Under the pieces are notes generated by a model. It saw nothing but the letters and a program-made list of their open reading frames with translations. It searched no databases and was not told the DNA's origin. Shown piece by piece: positions 26,386-40,029 of a stretch of 64,000 bases of DNA (position 1 is its first letter; every line of letters starts with the position of its first letter). The stretch is from Callorhinchus milii (Eukaryota). A program made the translations under genes and the position numbers. The DNA lies in contig NW_024704742.1 in assembly GCF_018977255.1 (NCBI RefSeq), forward strand, positions 95,978,001 to 96,042,000. Reading direction: 5' to 3'.

Positions 26386-27065
26386 GAACCATAACGGAGC
26401 GGATATATTCAGGACTGTTTAAACAAACAGCAGCCTCCTGGCAGGTCTTGAAGGCGTTTCTCATTGCATACGCTTAAGGACTGACTATCATCACATCATT
26501 AATTATTGACTGGATTAAAAGAATACTCCCATTAAACTTGGGATGGATGCGATTAGCTGTTTTTGGTAGTCCCGAGAATAATTCCAGGACCCTGCTTTGT
26601 AGACCCTGGATTGTTAGAAGAGCATTTGAATCCTCTGTGACCTCACCTTGTATTTTTGTTATTGCCTGAATTGCTGCATTTGTGGAGTTGCCTAACCAGA
26701 TGTTCATTTGTTCTTCATTGAAAGACATTCTGTCCTTTGTAGCGCGAAGGTGTTCCAGATGAACCTGGTTCCTGGTTACTGCATCTTGTGAAATGTTTTT
26801 TTGTATCTTGTTGGAGCTCAGACATTTGTACAAATTGTAAATATTCCGTTTAATACAGTAAAAGACAGTATTGAAACACATATTTTTTGTATGTTTTTTT
26901 TAAATCACAGAGCATTTATAAATGCTGGTGCTGATATTGTGACACTGGGAATCAAAATTAGACTTAAGAAATTAAAACAATATTTCTCAGTTCTCTACTC
27001 TGGTGAAAATAATTTATTAAATTTTTCATGGAAGTTTGAAATAAATCTACAGGCATAAACAAGCA
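26386..27065 (+). other. Probable TLE1 3' UTR
   Basis: Repeat-free, increasingly AT-rich sequence between the stop codon and the first downstream AATAAA I found (27040). The 3' end is inferred. Confidence 0.6.
27040..27045 (+). promoter_or_regulatory. Candidate polyadenylation signal AATAAA
   Basis: Canonical hexamer about 655 nt after the stop; variant ATTAAA at 26971-26976. Confidence 0.55.
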
Positions 27066-29100
27066 TGTGTGAAGACACTGAATGTTTACATTTACAATTT
27101 TTATATAAACAAATTAATCTCTATTGTAGAGTGATACTTCATTTTTCATTTCACTCTGCTTGACCCTTTGTGCTACACAACAGCCTATATCAATGACAAT
27201 TGTTTAATGTCAGCAAACTTAAGACACAACTTCCTCATCTTTGCCTAAGAGATTGCTTTTGCCAGTAGATATATATATATATACCCATATATTCTATTTA
27301 TAATTTGGTAACTTCTGAATATTTTCTTGGATTATCCCCAAGATTTTTAAGTTGTTTCTTGTCATTTCCTGTCAATCCCCTCCAGGCTTCTTTGGGAAAT
27401 AGTCACATTGGGAACCATCTGTGCTTGACAACATGTCCTTAAATCAAGTCGACTTCAAAAAACCACCTGGCCTCTTTTGTCACTTAACATGCTTTGTTGG
27501 GTATCTCACCAAACTCACAAATGGCTTCCTTCCATAAAGTATTGAATTGGATTAAAACATTTGCATACTGAGAACTGTACAATGAGCCATAGAGGTTGCG
27601 CTGGAAAGGTGCAAGTAATGAGAACTCGAGCACAAACTATGCACTTGGGCAGTGACACAGAGAGAAAACACTTTTGAAAAATAAAGATCAAAATCATATT
27701 AAGTGCACTGTGTTGCATGCAAAACACATTGCTACCCTCCAGCAATGCTTCTTTTTGCATAGGCTGTTTATCTCCAATTCTGCTTAATATTATAAAGTGA
27801 AATATGCCTATAGGTGGTGAGTGATTATTTGGGGCAGTGTGACCTGATCTTTTTAACATAACATAACAGGTAAGCATGTTAACTCTTCCAGCATATATTT
27901 ACATCTTCAGATACTGCCTGGAATTCACAAAACCCATCAGCTCAATGACTCCAACTTCAGCACAAAATCAAATGCAATCATCCTAGTTTAGAGTAAATCC
28001 ACCGTGTTTACCATATTCAATCAAAGATGGTCTCGATACTCAACAGCATGCAGAATTGATTTGCAGGAAGACAGCCACTCTGAAATGTATCATCTAGCAG
28101 CACAGCAAAACAATTGTATCGCAATGGTTCGCCCCTCCTTGCATCCTCCTTCTCCATCTTCTAATCACACCTGAAAACCTTCGTCTTCAACTGTGCCTAT
28201 GGTCACAACCCCTGCACCCCGGCTCAGCATCATGTTCTGCCACAGTTAAGACCTCCAAGATGCTACCCTGCATGAAGGGACTCAATAAATGCAAGTTGGT
28301 GTAGCTTGGAGTGGAGGGATGGGGAAGGGTTGATCACCAATCACATTTGTGTGATCAGAGATGGGATATCTGTCAACACTAATTTGTCAAGGACTTTGAT
28401 GTATGAATAATCAGGTGTATAAACAATATATGTTGTGCAAATAGTGATGAAGTCCCAGAAACTAAGAAACACAAGTGCACAAATGAATCTTTGTGCAAAC
28501 ATGGAGAGAGTTTTAGTTTACTTGTGGTTGGATACATCAAAGAATCTACCAATTCCTGACTGGTATTTCATTTAATGTCAGATGCCAGGGAGCTGTTTGG
28601 AACCAGCCTCTTGAAGCAGACTCTTGAAGCAGTTGGCTTGTGACAGCATGGGAAGGATAGGATATTCATTTTCCAATAACGACAGAACAATCCAATGCAT
28701 GGTCAAATTGTTTGGAGGAAAGTACTGTACTTTTCATTGTGTGAAAGTAATACCTGTTTATGAACGGTTTAGAGCTCTACATTACAGCTGCTTTTTTTTA
28801 GTACATTCATATACCTGCACACAGCTGTCTGGGTGCTCAACTATGTGTACATAAATATTAGCTTTAGAAAATCTGCATTAGAAGATTTGAATCCATCTCA
28901 CAAGGTTCATGATGTAATAGGTATGATCTACATACTCAAATTCCTTCCCATTTTATGTCAAATTTATTACTGATGTCTCATTATTATCATAATTCTGGCA
29001 TTTGATGATAATCAAATGCAAGGATTTTATTTTTTAGTTCTTGCATTTGATATAGTATCTTATCACATTTTTGAACTGTCACAAATCACTTCACAGTATT

Positions 29101-30486
29101 TAAGAACATAAGAATTAGGATCAGGAGTAGGCCATTCGGTCCCTCAAGCCTGCCCCGCCATTTGATAAGATCATGGCTGATCTTCAGACCTAACTAATTA
29201 CCTGCCCTATCCCCATATCCCCTAATCCCTCTATTTTAAAAAAAATCTATCAGTCTCAGCCTTGAAGCTGTTCAAGGACTGAGCATCTACAACCTTCTGG
29301 GGTAGTGAATTCCATAAATTCTCTGAGTGAAGAAATGTTTCCTCAACTCTGTTCTAAAAGGCTGACCCTTAATTTTAAGACTGTGACCCCTGGTTATAGA
29401 TTCTTCTACCAGGGGAAACAGACCCTCAGTGTCTACTTTATCCAGCCCTTTAAGAATCTTATATGTTTCAATAACATCTCCCTTAATTCTTCTGTACTCT
29501 AGAGAATACAGCCCTAGTTTATTCAGCCTATCCTCATAGGTCAGTCCCCTCATCCCAGGAACTAACTGAGTGAATCTACGCTGCACCCCCTCTAGGGCAA
29601 GTATGTTTCCTTTTTTAAATAAGGAGACCAAAACTACACACAATACTCTAGGTGCAGTCTCACCAAAGCCCTATACAGTTGCAGCAAGACTTCCCTACTC
29701 TTGTACTCTAAACCTTTTGCAATGAACTCTAATATGCCATTTGCCTTCTTAGTTGCTTACTGCACCTGCAAACTAACTTTTTGAGACTGGTGTACAAGGA
29801 CACCCAAATCCCTCTGAACACTAACACTATCTAATCTCTCCCCCTCTAGAAAATAATTTGTTTTTCTATTTTTTCTACCTAGGTGAATAACTTCACACTT
29901 CCCCACATTAAATTCCATCTGCCACCTACTTGCCCACTCCCCGAGCCTATCTATATCCCGTTGCAATCTTTTTGCATCATCCTCAGAGCTTACTCTCCCA
30001 ACTAGTTTAGTGTCATCTGCGAATTTAGATACATTACATTCAATGTCCTCGTCTAGATCATTGATGTAAATTGTAAACAGCTGAAGCCCAAGCACTGAAC
30101 CTTGTGGCACTCCACTAGTCACATCCTGCCAATTTGAGAATGACCTGTTTATCCCTACTCTCTGTTTTCTACCCGTTAGCTACTCTTCAATCCATGCTAA
30201 TATGTTCCCATTAATCCCGTGGACCTTAACCTTGTGCAATAGCCTTTTGTGTGGCACTTTGTCAAATGTCTTTTTAAAATCTAAATATACTATATCTACT
30301 GGTTTCCTCCTATCTAACCTGCTAGATACATCTTCAAAAAACTCTAAAAGATTAGTTAAGCATGACTTCCCTTTTGTAAAACCATGTTGACTCTGCCTAA
30401 TCTTGTTATGGTCTTCCAGGAATCCCATAACAACATCTTTAATTAAGGACTCAAAAATTTTCCCTACCACTGATGTCAGAAACTAG
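29101..30486 (-). mobile_element. CR1-clade LINE, 5'-truncated (~1.4 kb), decayed RT
   Basis: ORFs QHGFTKGKSCLTNLLEFFE..YLDFKKTFDKVPH, TSGVPQGSVLG..KFADDTKL and LEGVQRRFT..GLYSLEYRR; tail TAAGAACATAAGAA. Confidence 0.95.
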
Positions 30487-30790
30487 GCGAACATGGTAAT
30501 CAATTTGTACAAAACAATGACACAAACAGCTGAACAAGATTGTTGGCCAGAACACTGGGAGGAAAACTCTTCTCTTTTCAAGTAACTTATCATGGGATAT
30601 TTCATGTCCCAACTGAACAGGCAGATGAGACCTCAGTTTAACAACTCACCCAAAGGATGGCACCTCTGACAATACAGAGCTCTCCCAGCACTGCATTAGA
30701 ATATTAGCCTAGACTATGAATTCAAAATCCCAACGAGGGGTTTGAATCCACATCTTTCTGACTCATCGACAAGGATGCTGCTAACTGCTT
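30487..30790 (-). mobile_element. Older Deu-SINE (SacSINE1-like) 5' portion; its tail lies at ~29030-29100
   Basis: CTGAACAGGCAGATGAGACCTCAGTTTAAC...GGTTTGAATCCACA..TTCTGACTC; related copies at ~53500-53890, ~57500-57825 and ~59700-59968. Confidence 0.65.
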
Positions 30791-32059
30791 CAGGTATTCC
30801 TGCAATGGAAAGATTGGGTCCAGAAATATTTGAGTATTCTAATATGATGCACTCTCATCATGTTATATATTGGTGGGTGGAATGATTTTTTTCATCTATG
30901 TACTATTTAGATTATTTAGAAATGTATAGTTCTGTAATAATGAGAGCAATTGACTTATAAGCCTCTGTAGTGGGTGGAGTCCATTTCCTTCTTCAGAAGT
31001 ACTATAATCAAAGCAATGCAGTCTTGCTGGAAGGCTTTGAAGCTCCAAAACATGGCTGTAGACTCACAATAGAAGTATAATGAAAATTAGTGGATTATTT
31101 TTTCCTTTCGAATTTCAACTGTTACTCTTACTGAAGGCAAATGACTCCTGTTGGTACATGTGAGAACAATTCAGCTGTAGGGGAAATCTCAGACAGGCCT
31201 TACCTTGCAGTCTATGAAATCATTATGGGTTTGAGGGTACCCTCAAAATACATCTCAGTCAAAATTCACTCAGTTCCTCTATATCTCTGAAAAGTAAAGG
31301 TAAAACATTGAACTTTCTGCTACAACCACTGGGGTTTGGCATCGTAGATCTCTGTAGCCTTCCTCTAATGTATGCTCAAGTGTGGTGTGATCATGTGTCA
31401 CCTGTGGTTACTCCCAGCTGGGGGATTTTCAACTATTAGATCAATCAATGGACATATTTCTGATGGGCTTTTAAGTAAATTGCTGACCTTGATTAGATTT
31501 TTCTTATCCATTGAATAAGACAAGCAAAATAATAACCAAATTAAGATCCAGTTTAGTGCCCAAATCTTAAATTCTGCATGACATGGCAATGCTGTTATCA
31601 TTAAAATCATGTGAGGTTTTGCCCCTTGGCAAAACATGGATTGTCATTTAGAGTGGAAATCATGGTTGACTTTTTGTCATTCTCTAGCAAAGGGACACTA
31701 AGGCTAATTGCAGCCTCCCTTCTGCTGCCATTGAGATCAGGTATTTAACCAAAGGCCAAGGATCAAACATGAGCCTTTTGCATGATTTGTTTTTACATAT
31801 ACCCTTTACCTGAAGGGAAAATCATGCGGGATTTCCACATCTTGTGTAAGCTCAAACATGAAAAATGTTTCAGCAAGATATTGAAGAGCTGTCTGAGTCC
31901 TCAGAACCAAACCCCAACAAAACTTTTGTCAGTCTGCCTTGTCCCCCTACAATATACAATCCCTACACTTTATAGTAAAATCCTGTGAAACAATTTATGA
32001 TGGTTCAATGACATAACATAACTGACATCCGTATAATTATATTAATCCTTGCTATAAAC

Positions 32060-32604
32060 ATACAATACAAAATTATATTTGAATAACACCTTTCACATCG
32101 GGAGGACATCCCAAGGCCCTGAACAATCTGGGATTTGGACCTGAGTTGGGGGCTGGGAAGGTGGTATCAGGGAGGGTGGAAGGCAGAGAGGGTAGGAGGA
32201 TGTGTGAAGACATGGTCAAAGAGGAGGTCTTGAGACATGCCTTGAAGGAGGGAGTTCCAAAGGATGGGGACAGAGAGGTTGAAGTCTCAACCACCGATGG
32301 TGGGCGGGTCGGGCGGGCGGGGGACATGGAGCAGACCAGAGCCTGCTGAGCAGAGGGAGCGGACAGATTGATATGGTGTTAGCATGTTACAGAGGTAGAA
32401 AGGAGCAAGCCATGGAGGGCCTTGAAGGCGAGGACGAGGATTTTGAACTTTATCCTCTGGGGATGGGGAGCCAGTTTTGCTGGGCGAGGATGGGGGTCAC
32501 GGAGCCTGGTGCGGGAGAGGACACGAGCTGCAGAGTTCTGGTGATCTGCAACTTGTGGAGGGAAGAATTGGGAAGACCAACAAGCAGGGAGTTGCCGTAG
32601 TCAA
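32060..32604 (-). mobile_element. L2-clade LINE 3' fragment
   Basis: Colinear with 23322-23895 (CCATGGAGGGC.TTGAAGG.GAGGAC.AGGAT.TTGAAC). Confidence 0.85.
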
Positions 32605-33504
32605 ATGGATTAAAGGATTAAGATTTATTATAATTATTATTATATTATATTCATTTATTATTATTATATTAATATAAGAGTTGGTGCCTTTAACAGGAGA
32701 GAAAAATGAAAAACATCTTTGAAAACAATCAGGATTGGATCTTTTGTGGGCTGGCAGTTTGAATCTGTTTCTATATTTCTATCAGAGCTGGAGGGTGATT
32801 TAAGTATTCTTTTGTTCCAATGGAAATGAAGTAGGTTCACTTTTTTATATGTATAAATGAACAAGCTGAGCTAACAATCTTTTAATTCCAATGTTAATGT
32901 CCCTAGGGTTATGAATCACTCCTTACAATACCTGAAATCACCGCTCATTTCTGCCTTTCCATTGAAGGAACTGTCGCCATGAGCATTTTCCAATGTTCAA
33001 TACAAGTAGACTTAACCGCTAAGAAAATATATTCTACTTTCATATTAATTACATTTTCTAATTTAAACTTTGCTTGTTTTTCGTTTGCACCAGGTGCCCC
33101 ATTTAAACTTGTTATTAAAACAGAATAAGGCTTTTTCACTGCTGCAGCAAATATGGGCTCACTGTTCCATTGGTAACTGATACATAAGGACCCGGGTCTA
33201 ACCTGATCTCAGGCATTAACCTAATGCTGAACATTAGATATTAAACGTTGGCCTCTCTTTCTCTTTCAGATGCTAATTGACCAGTTACGGATTTCCAATA
33301 GGTCTTTTTATTTCAGATTCCCAACTTTTATTTTTTATATTATATCTTTCTTTAATTAAGTTTTTTTTCAACTTCTTTCAACATCAGGGGAAATATTACC
33401 AAGCAAATAAATGGGGAATTAAAGTAAAAAATGTACAAGGTTGAAATGGTATTTTTTTAAAAATGTATCATGTATGATAATGATATGATAATGAATATGT
33501 ACAT

Positions 33505-33885
33505 AATGATAATAACAATAATAATCCTTGCATTGATATAGCACCTACTATGTCTTCAAGACATCTCAAAGTGCTTCACAGAATATACTGTAAAGTGAAT
33601 TGACTGTATATTTTGTGGGTGAAACACAGAAGCCAATTGAGCACAGCAGTGTCCCACAAACAGTCATGGATTGAGTGACCAAATTAAAAAAAATTTTTGG
33701 AAAGGATTATTACCTCTGGCAAAGCAATCCGCCAATCGACTAACAACCAGGTTCCTACTTATTGCTAGGTAAATAGAAGCATGTGGAGTAAGGAAACTTG
33801 CGGAATGTTGCACCCTGCCTGGGAATCAACCCCAGGTTCTCTCGCTGGCAAGGCGAGGGCTCAAACCACTGAGCAACAGGACTCC
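33505..33885 (-). mobile_element. Full-length tRNA-derived Deu-SINE, long subfamily
   Basis: tRNA-like head at 33810-33885, extra internal segment, Deu core and (TAA)n tail. Confidence 0.85.
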
Positions 33886-34389
33886 TATAGGCATATATTT
33901 TCCATGCATCTTTACACTATAACTTGTTTATACCCAGCAAAATGTTGCTTCTGTTGGGCAAATACCACAGCATCTGACTGTTTTGTTGAAGCAATGTTAT
34001 ATGTTGGGGAGAGGTGGGGTGATGTCTATATGACCCTGCACTGTATTATCTAATGATCTGTAGTACAGGGAATGTTTGCGGGGATTTTCAGGGAAGGGGC
34101 ATATTAACTGTTGAGCAGTTCTCATCATCAGTTTTATTGTTTTCCTCAGGGAGTTAAAACACCTCAAATACTATGCGTGGTTTTAAAATTCCATTAACAA
34201 AAAGAAACACAAATGGAGAATTTCACCATTTTAACACTAAGTCCACTATAAACAGACTGCTCATCTTCACTGAACAACTTGCAACATGTTGCATAACACA
34301 TAATGCCTTCCAGGTGTACATCTTAAAGTGCTTCACAGAAATGATAGAGTACCGAGCAAAGAGTACTTGTACAAAGAGTACAAAGAGTA

Positions 34390-34801
34390 CCATCACACCA
34401 GTCCTTACCAGGCTCCACTGGCCAGCAATCACCAAACGGATCGACATCAAAATCCTCTCACTCGTTTTCAAATCACTTAATTCTCTCGCAGATCTGCTTA
34501 TCACACACTCCACCACCCGTTGCCTCCGCTCGGCTGGCTCCGGCTTCCTATTTGTCGCTTGTGCCCTCCGTTACACCATCGGTGGCCATGCATTCAGCCG
34601 CTACATCCCGAAACTCTGGAACTCTCTCCCTTAATCCTCTCTGCCTTGCCCCTCCCTCCCCACCTTCAAATCCCGCCTAAAGACCTTCCTTTTTGATCGT
34701 GCTTACGGACACCTCCCCCCGCCCTCTCCCCTTAGCTCATTGTCAGACTCCGACGCCTTGAAGCACTCTGGGCGCTATATAAATGCAAGTTGTTGTTGTT
34801 G
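34390..34801 (+). mobile_element. L2-clade LINE 3' fragment
   Basis: ITPVLTRLHWPAITKRIDIKILSLVFKSL...AFSRYIPKLWNSLP; tail GCGCTATATAAATGCAAGTTGTTGTTGTTG. Confidence 0.88.
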
Positions 34802-35014
34802 ACAGGAAGGAGAATTGAAGGGGGTGAGTCAGTCACAGTCAAAGAGATGGGTTTTTGAAAGGAGTATGAAGGTAAGGTGAGATGGATGCCTCTAAATGCA
34901 CGGCAACTACACTTCACAATATATCTTGTGCAGCGTTTCAAATGTCCTCCCACTGTGAAAAACATTATATTGAATGTAACAATTAGTAATAGTGTTAGTA
35001 ATAAGGAGTAAGTT

Positions 35015-35640
35015 GAAAGAAGAATTACAAGAGAGCGGGGCATAGTGGCTAAAGGCTCAGCTACTGATGGTGGGTTTAAGAAACTGAGAACTGAATAGTA
35101 AATCACAGTTAGAAGAGCAGCTGGGTAACAGAATCAGAAAGAGATTACAAAGATAGGGAGGGACAAGAATGTAAAGAGATTGGAATGACAGGATTCTTAA
35201 AGTTGATCTGCTGGGACACTGATTGTTTCCAGTGGAGTTGGCAAGGATTGGGGTAATTGGTATTTAAAGCCTAGTGTGGGAGAGATACAGCTGCTGAGGT
35301 TTGGATGAGTTGGAACAGTGGAGTGTGGAGCTACAGAGCCTGGCAATGAGAGCATTGGGACAGTCTAAGCTTGAGGTGACACAAGGCATGGATGAGGGTT
35401 TCAGCTGCAAAGGGGTTGAAAGGGAATGTGCAGGAAAGCAATGATCCAGAGATGGACAAAAGTGATTTTGATCAAGAACCGGTTGTAGGGTTTGAAGCGG
35501 AGCTGGAGATCAAGCAGAACACTAAGGTTAGGCACTGGCTCAGTTAGTCATGAAGAGCAGCCAAGAGGTGAATAGTCAGAGCCAGAGGCAAGGAGACCAT
35601 TAGTGAGGGCTGAACATGATGGTCTCAGTTTGTTGATGAA
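35015..35640 (-). mobile_element. Old L2 fragment
   Basis: GAGGTGACACAAGGCATGGATGAGGGTTTCAGC matches the reversed L2 segment at ~19125-19160. Confidence 0.6.
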
Positions 35641-36681
35641 CATGTGAAAAGGCACAAAAAAATCACCAAGACAATTCTCGCAAAGCACAAACCATCCAAA
35701 AAATTACAACTTTTTTTTAGGAAAGAATCACAAGGCACTGTAATTTTCATGGGTATAATTAAAGAAGCATGTTTTTTCCTTTAATTATCATGCAATGACT
35801 TTATTTAAAATGTCTTGTGCTGACTGGCAAGACTGTGAGGCAGGGAATGAGTGAATATACTGCTGGCCTTTGAGCTATGGAAATCCATGTATTGGCCTAT
35901 TAAAAGGACTTTTGCCTGGCTCATACAACTAGACACTGTGTGTGGAAACCTGCTCCAGGCACGTTGCCTCTTGTGTGCCATAGTGTCGTCAATGGCAGGT
36001 GAAAGCAGTCTTTTTTTTCTTTGGACCAAGTTCAGACAATAGACATCTGTTGAAAGTAAAAAGACGTATAATCTGATGGCAATTTAGAGATCTGTGGAAT
36101 GGGTTCAGTGCAGCTCCTTATAAATATTCTTTGTGGCTTAGAGCCAGATTGTAAATAGTACTGCAGTGCACCGTGACTAATGCTTTTCCCTATCCTTACA
36201 CATTTTAAGTGCGGTGTGGAATTTATCTGTTAGTACCAAGCATCTTTCGCATGCAAATGCACTTCCTGTAATGTACTTGAAAACTCAGATTGAATGAGTA
36301 AATTGCTTCGATTGCTGTGGGAGCGTGTTGCACTGATGGTGGGGATCCAGTTGCTGTTATTGCTGTGTAAGAACATGTATCAGCAGATGATTCTTGGCCT
36401 TAAACTGTTCAGTTTATGTTACCATTTAAAGAGATTTATAGGTTCCCCTGATTGTTCAGTGAATTTATGCATCAAGTAGCCAGTCACATAGATTGGAGGA
36501 AGGTCCCAGTTTCACGCCCCGTTCTGTGCTGATTAAGTTGATCTCAGCTAGGGGCAGTATTAAGGTGTAAAATTCGCTTCCTCACCCCTTTTGCTAGGAT
36601 GTATGGTGCATGTTAATTTGTACACACTTTTCCCAGGAAAAAACAGCAATTAGTCTTCATTACTATCCAGTAACCTGTGTT

Positions 36682-36997
36682 AAAAATAATAATAATCCTT
36701 GCATTTGATATAGCGCTTTTCACGTCGGGAGGACGTCCCAAAACGCTTCACAGAACACACTGTAAAGTGAATTGACTGTATATTTGTGAGCGAACATGGC
36801 AGCCAATTGCGCACAGCAATGTCCCACAAACAGTCGTAGATTGCAAATGACCAATTTATTATTGTTTGTAGTTTTGGAGGGATTATTATTAGGCATGTGG
36901 AGTAAAGAAACTTGCCCAAGGTTTCGCCCTGCCTGGAATTGAACTCAGGTCTCTCGCTTGCAAAGCCAGTGCTCTAACCACTGAGCTACAGGACTCC
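36682..36997 (-). mobile_element. Full-length tRNA-derived Deu-SINE, short subfamily
   Basis: Close reverse complement of 5391-5703, with A and B boxes intact. Confidence 0.92.
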
Positions 36998-37029
36998 ACA
37001 AAAAGTCTGGATGGTGTGAAATTTCTCCT

Positions 37030-37200
37030 TCTCGCCCCTCGCCCATTCCCCCTCCCTCACCCATTCCCCCTCCCTCACCCATTCCCCTCCCTCACCCATT
37101 TCCCCTCCCTCACGCATTCCTTCCTCACCCATTCCCTCCTCACCCATTCCCTCCTCACCCATCCCCCCCCTCATCCATTCCCCCCCCTCACCCATTTCAG
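37030..37200. repeat. C-rich minisatellite (CCCTCACCCATT-based, 15-18 bp units)
   Basis: About 10 imperfect units of CCTCACCCATTCCC(CTC). Confidence 0.9.
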
Positions 37201-40029
37201 CCCCATTGGTCAAATAGTCTGCCAACATTCAGTGTCTAGACTCACTCGTGCAGAATGCAGATGTCTAGGATGGTTTCCATGGGTACCTCTTGAGGCAATG
37301 ATGCCTTTGACAACACTGTAAATAGAAACCTGTTTGTCAGAAAGTTGAAGTGTTTTTGGTGCATGTTAATTTGTACACACCTTTCCCAGCCATTGAGGAA
37401 GCTGGAGAAAATGCAGTGATGGCAGGGTGGGGTGAAACACCAGGCTGATTCCATCCCTTGGAGAGTGTGGCTACAATGAAAGACTCAGGAACTGTTTATT
37501 CACGCTGGGAGCACAGAAGAATCAGAGGTGATCTTGCCCAGGCACAGAACAGGATACAGGTTCAGGAGTGATAAGGACTATTTCAGGACAGGCATCAAGA
37601 AATATTTTGTTACCCAGAGGGTAATGAGTAACTGGAATTGGTTAACAGGAAAGGTGGATGGGAGTATTCTGAAAGGATGAGATCAGATAGGCTGGACTTC
37701 TATTATGATCATTTCTGATCTTGTGAGGGCTACAAGATCCTGCAAGGAATCATTTTTTCTGCTCATTCTTTCTATGTAGCCACTTACAAATACATAGTCA
37801 TTGCACTTTACAGAAACCATGAAGCTCTTTGAGAAATTTTCGAGATTATAGGATTATTATTGTCTACAGGAGCTAGGAAGAAAGTCGCAAATGTGCTGAG
37901 TATGACAGAGGCAACGAGCTGAGAGACATTTGCCATAATAGGACTTCACAGAAGTCAGAAATGAGTTTCACGACTGATCAGAATTCCAGTCCATCGGGGT
38001 GTGACATGTCTGGGTATGTGCAGGATTCACTTATTATGAATCCTTTTATGAATCCCCATAACTACCAAAAATACACTTAACAGTAATTACTGTGAAATGT
38101 TTGAGATGTTTTGACGTTATTGGCATGATACCAAATGCAAGGATTATTATTATATTTTAGACTCCAGTCTCCCCACAGTATAAATTCAACAGAACTGTCA
38201 GGAGAGGCTACTATTGACATAGCGCAGTAAATCCATCGAGTTCTAAACACAGCCCTGACAATCTCTTGTGTAATGACTTAGACCTACTGAGCCTGGTAAC
38301 ACGAGAGACTTGAATTTATACACAGAGCTGAAATGACACAATCGCTGCTCCCTGGGCTAATGATTGTCTCCACCAAAGTTAATTCAGCTCCTTCACACTG
38401 TCAGTCCCAACAGCTACATCAGGGCCGAATTCAGCTTTATTGAGTTTCAACGTGTGATTTTCAGTGTGATAACTTAGGACCTGGACCACAATGCATTTCC
38501 ACTCCTCTGCACTGGCTTGCTTTACACAGAGGGAATGATTAAATATGAAATTCTCTGCTGTAAACCATTGTTGAAGCAGAATCTATAAACTATTTCAAAA
38601 GGCAATTGGATACATGTTTCAAAGTGAGGGAGGTGGGGAGCATGATTACGTAAGGTGGCTCATAAGGAGAAAACGACAGTGTAGGCTTGAGTGATGGGGG
38701 GATAAACTCTATCACTCCTTTTTATGGTTATTGGCGCTCAACCTACTTATAAAGGAGTGTTTTTTATGTGTGTGTGTGACTTGGTAAAAGGGTGCCACAA
38801 TCAAGGGAGCTAACAAGGGCTGGCCTCCAATCAGGCTTGTTTGGCATTCCAGATCTAAGTGATAATTGAGCATCAATATAAAGCTGGAGGCTAGTGAGAA
38901 GTGAGGAGAGTCTGGAGAAGATGAATATGAAAACTTAGAGGTTCCTTTTCAAAATAAACCTAATTTTTTAATACTGTATGTTGTTAAAATCGCTGTCAAG
39001 TTTTGTTTTCTGGCCATGGCCCACCCCCTCCTATAGCTTGATATAGACTGAATGGCCTGTTTCTGTGCATCTTATTATTCTATCAACTTTGCTGTCCCTC
39101 AAGCTCAGTCCAAGTAAAGACCAGGTTCTGAGCTGCTGCCTCATTCCTCCCAAGTTCAAATGCGTCAGATCATAAATATTGAGTTCGAAAGTTGCTCAGG
39201 TCTGGCCATGGAATACCACCAATGATTCAGTGAGTAAATGCAGTGCATGATGTTTTATTAAGCCCACATAGATAGACCACAACTTCAAAAGGATAAATCT
39301 GTGAAGTGTTCCAGGAAATTGTGGGCTAGGAATCTGACTGGGTTTACATTTTAATTCCAGATCAGCATGGTGACAGTGGGGTTCAATTTGCAAGAGTTGG
39401 AAATGGATATATAACTAGTGAATGGTGTAGGTGACTGGAAGTGTCGTAGGCTGACCCACTGAAAATCCACCCCAATGCTGATCTCTGCAATCTGATAACT
39501 GCAATCAGAGCAGAGTTACAGGGGTTTGGAGTCAGACACCTCTGGCGTGTTCATTATTCGCTCAATACAAATCCATTTACAGATTAGACCTCAGAAAGCA
39601 TGACCGGCCCGAAATTCCACCTTATCTTAGTCTGTAAGACAATTTTGTCTTAAAATATAAAACTGAGCAGAAATATAGAATGCAACGATTATAGAAATAT
39701 AGAACACAAAGAACACAACATTTGTGATTATACAGGGTTCTTTGTGTAGAATAACGTCTCAAAAGTTTCATGCCTAGGGAGAAGGAAGGGAAGGTTTGAA
39801 GGTCACCATAAGCACAATCAAAATAATTTGAGAAAGGGAAAAATTCCAAATTAATTTAGAATTTTGCAGTTATTAAAAAAAATTAAGACTGAACCGCCAT
39901 TAGGTCTTGAACCCACAACCTTCTGAATCAGAGGAAAAAGCAGAGCCAGGCTGATCCACCCATAAAAAGTACTACCCAGAAAGGAATGCAGGCAAAATCA
40001 ACTGAGTTGTTTAAAAGGAAGATACATAT

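Noticed and set aside
26474..27058. ORFs of 135 and 85 aa overlapping the 3' UTR
   Set aside because: No recognisable protein similarity; consistent with chance ORFs.
36986..37321. Repetitive GEEGM/HPFP ORFs
   Set aside because: Translations of the minisatellite.
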